The notes under the pieces were generated by a model. The model saw only the letters and a list, made by a program, of their open reading frames with translations, was not told the DNA's origin and did no database searches. DNA of 12,882 nt from Amoeboradix gromovi X-113 (lineage: Eukaryota > Fungi > Sanchytriomycota): assembly GCA_018985225.1 (NCBI GenBank), contig JADGIF010000249.1:1-12882 (forward strand), in the 5' to 3' direction. The position numbers were made by a program, and so were the translations under genes. Below, one piece after another: positions 9,345-12,882 of this stretch (position 1 is the first letter of the stretch; each line of letters opens with the position of its first letter).

Positions 9345-10187
9345 ATGGACACTATGAAATACTTGGGATTTCCAGTATATCCTGTTCATCAGATAATTCC
9401 CATTAACTGGATGGATATACAAACAACTAATGCACCAACTAAGTGTATTTTAAGTTCCGAGAGTGGTGTATTGGGTAAAAACAGAAGTAGTACGGATATT
9501 CCATTGGTTATAGGCGAATGTCCATTTAGACCATTTAAGAAAAAAAGGGAATCGTTGTTTTATTTAAAAAAATACATCAACCGGGATTTTAACCTGAGCT
9601 GGGATGCGAAATACTATTACGAGATTCGCTCTTATGAGCATGATATGAGTCTGGGTGTATCACTAAAAAGTGACAAGACTTGGATACCTTGGAATGACGG
9701 CGTGGAATACGCATACTTAGTAGACGATGAGCTACCTAATGATTCCCCATATCTGTCAATGGACACGGTTCGTAAAAAAGCTATCGCATATGAGGCATTT
9801 GGATATGAAACTGAGTTAGAGTCTACGCTATTTAGAACTACAAGAGTTGCAATCTCTTTTCGTAACATATTGATGAACACCCAATGCCTATGGTTTGACA
9901 ATGGGCTAGTTATGCACTTTGAAGATTGTGATACCGGAAATAGCTTTTCTGCAGTATCTTACCCTATCTATAACCCTCCTGGGCTTTCTCGTGCTGCTGA
10001 TGAATATCATAATCCCAGACTAGATTTGATAAACTCTAAAGAACGAGTTATTCCTCCTTACATCGCCTGGTTTCCCTTTAGACAGGGTACTAATGTGTTT
10101 TATGTATGTTTTCCAGGTTGTTTGATTGTAAATAATGACACCAATAACTCTTATCATGACTTTGATTTTAATAACATTCTTCAGTAA
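9345..10187 (+). CDS. Hypothetical protein, 280 aa (weak SPRY-like YYYEI...MSLGVS segment)
   Basis: Long uninterrupted ATG..TAA ORF in AT-rich DNA that fills the gap between two clear genes. No family recognised with confidence. Confidence 0.7.
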   Translation: MDTMKYLGFPVYPVHQIIPINWMDIQTTNAPTKCILSSESGVLGKNRSSTDIPLVIGECPFRPFKKKRESLFYLKKYINRDFNLSWDAKYYYEIRSYEHDMSLGVSLKSDKTWIPWNDGVEYAYLVDDELPNDSPYLSMDTVRKKAIAYEAFGYETELESTLFRTTRVAISFRNILMNTQCLWFDNGLVMHFEDCDTGNSFSAVSYPIYNPPGLSRAADEYHNPRLDLINSKERVIPPYIAWFPFRQGTNVFYVCFPGCLIVNNDTNNSYHDFDFNNILQ

Positions 10188-10226
10188 ATTTATTTTAAAT
10201 GTCAAAAAAACTAAAAGTGCAATAAT

Positions 10227-11120
10227 TCATTTATTTTCATAAAATGGAAGACTTTCCATCTCGTTAATCCTCAATTCTTTATTCTTATTCATTGAATTTA
10301 TCTGTGTGAGATCGCAATCGGTCCCGATACAATTTAATAACTTTAGCCCTGGTTTGTCAATTAACGAAGACAAACTAACTAATGAAATACGAGGGCACCA
10401 GTTTACACTGATGTACTCAATCGGGCAATATTGCGCTATTGATTTGATCCCATCATCACTCATATCGGTGCAATGACTAACATCTATGCTTTGCAAGGAA
10501 TGACAATGCTGAGCTATGCTGAATAGAGTCAGATCGCTCAGATGTACATTCCATGCCAAAGATAGGCGTGTTAATAAAGTGCATTTTGGAGAAAGTTGCA
10601 TCATAATTTTGTCAGATCTTGAACCACCACTCAGGTTTAACGAAAGCAGTTTGGTGCAATAATTCCTAACTAGACATAACTCGTTGTTTCTAACTGCTTT
10701 ACAAAAGCCTAAATCCAAATTGCGCAACTGCCCAACGGGTTCAACGAGTTTGTAAGACTTTTTGGAAATAGTCATAAGGTCCATAGCACTGTCAATCTTT
10801 TGATAAGTTCTTGACATTTTAATTAATTGAACAACCCACTCCCCCACTAGCTTGGTCGAACGACAACCATCTTCTAGATTACTCAAATCTATTCCTCGAA
10901 CAAACGCATGATAATCTATGGTTGTGAACCCGTCCAAACTGGTATCTATAACCTTTTTCAGCTTTTTAACCTGTCTCAATGTGCGCAATTTTGGCTCTTG
11001 ATACAAAAGAAAAGCAGATGCTTGCAACCATTTCTTATTGATAGTCAGGACATGATATCTTGTCAATTTATCAACGTCTGCCAGAATTTTAATTAAAATT
11101 TCTATTGGAAGATCTCCCAT
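10227..11120 (-). CDS. F-box / leucine-rich repeat protein (FBXL-like SCF substrate adaptor), 297 aa
   Basis: N-terminal F-box LPIEILIKIL...INKKW...LLYQEP, followed by cysteine-containing LRRs: LRNLDLGFC, LLSLNLSG, LTRLSLAWN, LQSIDVSHCTDMSDDGI and IEYISVNWCPRIS. Confidence 0.88.
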   Translation of the reverse strand: MGDLPIEILIKILADVDKLTRYHVLTINKKWLQASAFLLYQEPKLRTLRQVKKLKKVIDTSLDGFTTIDYHAFVRGIDLSNLEDGCRSTKLVGEWVVQLIKMSRTYQKIDSAMDLMTISKKSYKLVEPVGQLRNLDLGFCKAVRNNELCLVRNYCTKLLSLNLSGGSRSDKIMMQLSPKCTLLTRLSLAWNVHLSDLTLFSIAQHCHSLQSIDVSHCTDMSDDGIKSIAQYCPIEYISVNWCPRISLVSLSSLIDKPGLKLLNCIGTDCDLTQINSMNKNKELRINEMESLPFYENK

Positions 11121-11339
11121 TGTTAGCTATTGGGTTGAAGAGATAGCTGTTTGATTTATTTTGAACGTACTTTATCTGATTGGTTCAAAAAGCTCGACGA
11201 TTGCACATCAGATCATATATGACCACAAACGGTTTACAAAATTAACGGCAACTCTCAATTCTATATATGAGACCAAACAGAATTGCTTAGCGTGAAGAAG
11301 ATTAAACAGCAGTGCAGGTTAGCATAAATTTACAAATTG

Positions 11340-11810
11340 AAAGTTTTGGTTTCCCAGAAATCAAGTTTCCACGGGGAAACTGGATAATTAAAATTGACCA
11401 ACTAAAGTGTTTGCTCACTCTACCACTACCCTGAGATGCGATCGAAGAACGCATGAAGTTCTATGTTCCTTGATACCTTTTGGTCTCTGCCCACTTTCAA
11501 GTGATAGTTTTTACACGTATATTTGCACAAATTAGTTTTCCTTAAGAGAACTATAACTTGTACATGTATGACAGGTGAGAGTTTTATTATATGCACGCAA
11601 AGCCTTCACTGTTTCTTTACATTGGCACTTAAGCCGCTACCTATGGAAGGTGGAATCTTTTTCCAGCATTGAAAGACTTTGTATGTTTTCATATTTGGAT
11701 CAGTTTCAAACCGTAGAATTGCGTACTCTGTAATAGCGATTTCCTTAGATTTAACTTATTCAAGATCACGAGGCTTGGATTCGTTTGTTGGCGATAAAAG
11801 AAATAGGATT
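11340..11810 (+). pseudogene. Decayed copy 5 of the intergenic repeat family
   Basis: KVLVS at 11340 (aaagttttggtttcc versus aaagtcttggtttgc in copy 4), KVFAHSTTTLRCDRRTHEVLCSLIPFGLCPL (ctaccctgag identical to copy 2), GIFFQH*KTLY (11655), and SLDLTYS with agcgatttccttagatttaacttattca versus copy 3 agcgattctttagatctgacatattca. Confidence 0.78.
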
Positions 11811-11931
11811 CTTTTATTTGAACAACAATTTCAAAATTAAGACCATTTTTTTAATTGTAGAGAAATGCATTCTCTGTTGCTTTGTAAAACATTTCAACAG
11901 CATATTTGATTTATTAACCGGAATTTAACTA

Positions 11932-12882
11932 TTATTTGCAGTCTTTTTCAAATGCTTTAGTTTTGCTCTTTCTCTTCTTAGGTGCTTTATTAGCCACTGA
12001 CTTTCCATCTCTAGCAGCCTTTTTGGCTATTCTAGGAGCTCTATCAGCTTTAATAAGTCGACTCTTACCCTCTGTGGTCTCTTTTTCCTTTTCGAACTCA
12101 TCCATAATCATTTTTCGCCTCTTTTTCTTTCTACTCATTCCAGCCAATGGTACTATATCCCTCAATTTTCTTTTAGGCTTGATTAGTAGTTCCTGCTCCT
12201 TTTCCGTATTAATCCACTCTTTCCTCGGCCTGCTCATTATATCATCCTTGTATTTAATCATGTTCTCAGTCTTTGTGATTTCCATTTCTGTCTTGTCGAT
12301 CATTTTTAACTCTTTCTCTCTTTCTAGTATTTCTCTTATTTTAGTATCCAATCCACGAACTGTATCTACAAACTCTCTAATCGAATCACTGTTTATGGTT
12401 CTCTGTCTCAATTTTGATTCTTTTTCATATTTCACAATTAATTTTAATAACTTACGATCTTGTTCTAAAACTAAACTACAGCTAGTTCCACTCTTGTTTT
12501 TACGGGCAGTTCTACCACATCGATGCAAATAGCTCTCAATGTTGTTTGGCATATCATAGTTGATGACTGTATTTACATCCTCGATGTCTATACCTCTGCT
12601 AGCCAAATCGGAGCAGAGCAAGAAAGATGCCTCATTGTTTTTAAACCGTTTCAGATTGCTATTTCTGAGTGATTGGTTCAATCCCCCATGCAGCTCTAAT
12701 GCTTTAAGATTTAACAAATTAAATAGAATAAACATTCTATGTGCTTCATGTTTCGTCTTGAAGAAAATTATAACTTTACTCTTGTAAATTCTCTTGCACA
12801 AACTTAGTAAGTATCCTATCTTTTCATATTCTTTACCACTCTTTACACGGACGAACTCCTGAGTTAAATTTGAAGCCGCTTG
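11932..12882 (-). CDS. DRS1: DEAD-box RNA helicase Drs1/DDX27 (60S biogenesis), 5'-partial: helicase C-terminal domain and basic tail
   Basis: The frame is open to the window edge (QAASNLTQEFVRVK...). Motifs IIFF, ELHG, SDLASRGIDI, VINYDMP and YLHRCGRTAR, plus the Drs1-like EMEITKTENMIKYKDDIMSRPRKEW and a Lys-rich tail. Confidence 0.9.
   Translation of the reverse strand, partial: QAASNLTQEFVRVKSGKEYEKIGYLLSLCKRIYKSKVIIFFKTKHEAHRMFILFNLLNLKALELHGGLNQSLRNSNLKRFKNNEASFLLCSDLASRGIDIEDVNTVINYDMPNNIESYLHRCGRTARKNKSGTSCSLVLEQDRKLLKLIVKYEKESKLRQRTINSDSIREFVDTVRGLDTKIREILEREKELKMIDKTEMEITKTENMIKYKDDIMSRPRKEWINTEKEQELLIKPKRKLRDIVPLAGMSRKKKRRKMIMDEFEKEKETTEGKSRLIKADRAPRIAKKAARDGKSVANKAPKKRKSKTKAFEKDCK

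Noticed and set aside
11936-12787. Antisense ORFs of 198 aa and 75 aa opposite DRS1, and similar short ORFs overlapping DRS2, CYC8, the orphan and the F-box gene
   Set aside because: These are shadow ORFs explained by the codon composition of the real genes, with no recognisable motifs.
2349-12882. DRS1 and DRS2 in the same window as a functional cluster
   Set aside because: The shared name comes from yeast genetics. The proteins are unrelated and nothing here indicates co-regulation.
1-12882. Prokaryotic features (operons, CRISPR, IS elements), tRNA/rRNA genes, or stop-codon reassignment
   Set aside because: Genes are eukaryote-specific with spliceosomal introns. I saw no spaced repeat array or structured RNA signature, and conserved genes have no internal stops after splicing and end in TAA or TGA.

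Overview
AT-rich, gene-dense eukaryotic nuclear DNA with fungal-type genes, most likely from a compact early-diverging fungus or fungal relative (inference). There are seven protein-coding genes: a GT14 Core-2/I-branching-like glycosyltransferase (-), a Drs2/ATP8A-type P4-ATPase flippase (+), an Mpv17/SYM1-family protein (+), the TPR corepressor Cyc8/Ssn6 (-), an unknown 280-aa protein (+), an F-box/LRR protein (-) and the 3' part of the DEAD-box helicase Drs1/DDX27 (-). Two things are not visible in the ORF track. (1) Three genes are split by ultra-short GT-AG introns of 20, 19 and 19 nt, all fitting GTAMTT...YTMATnTAG with an A at position -6; removing them restores conserved protein motifs. 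(2) All four large intergenic spacers contain decayed, collinear copies of one unidentified protein-coding repeat family (five copies: four on +, one on -). The best-conserved pair abuts the start codons of two host genes head-to-head. All alignments were done by eye.
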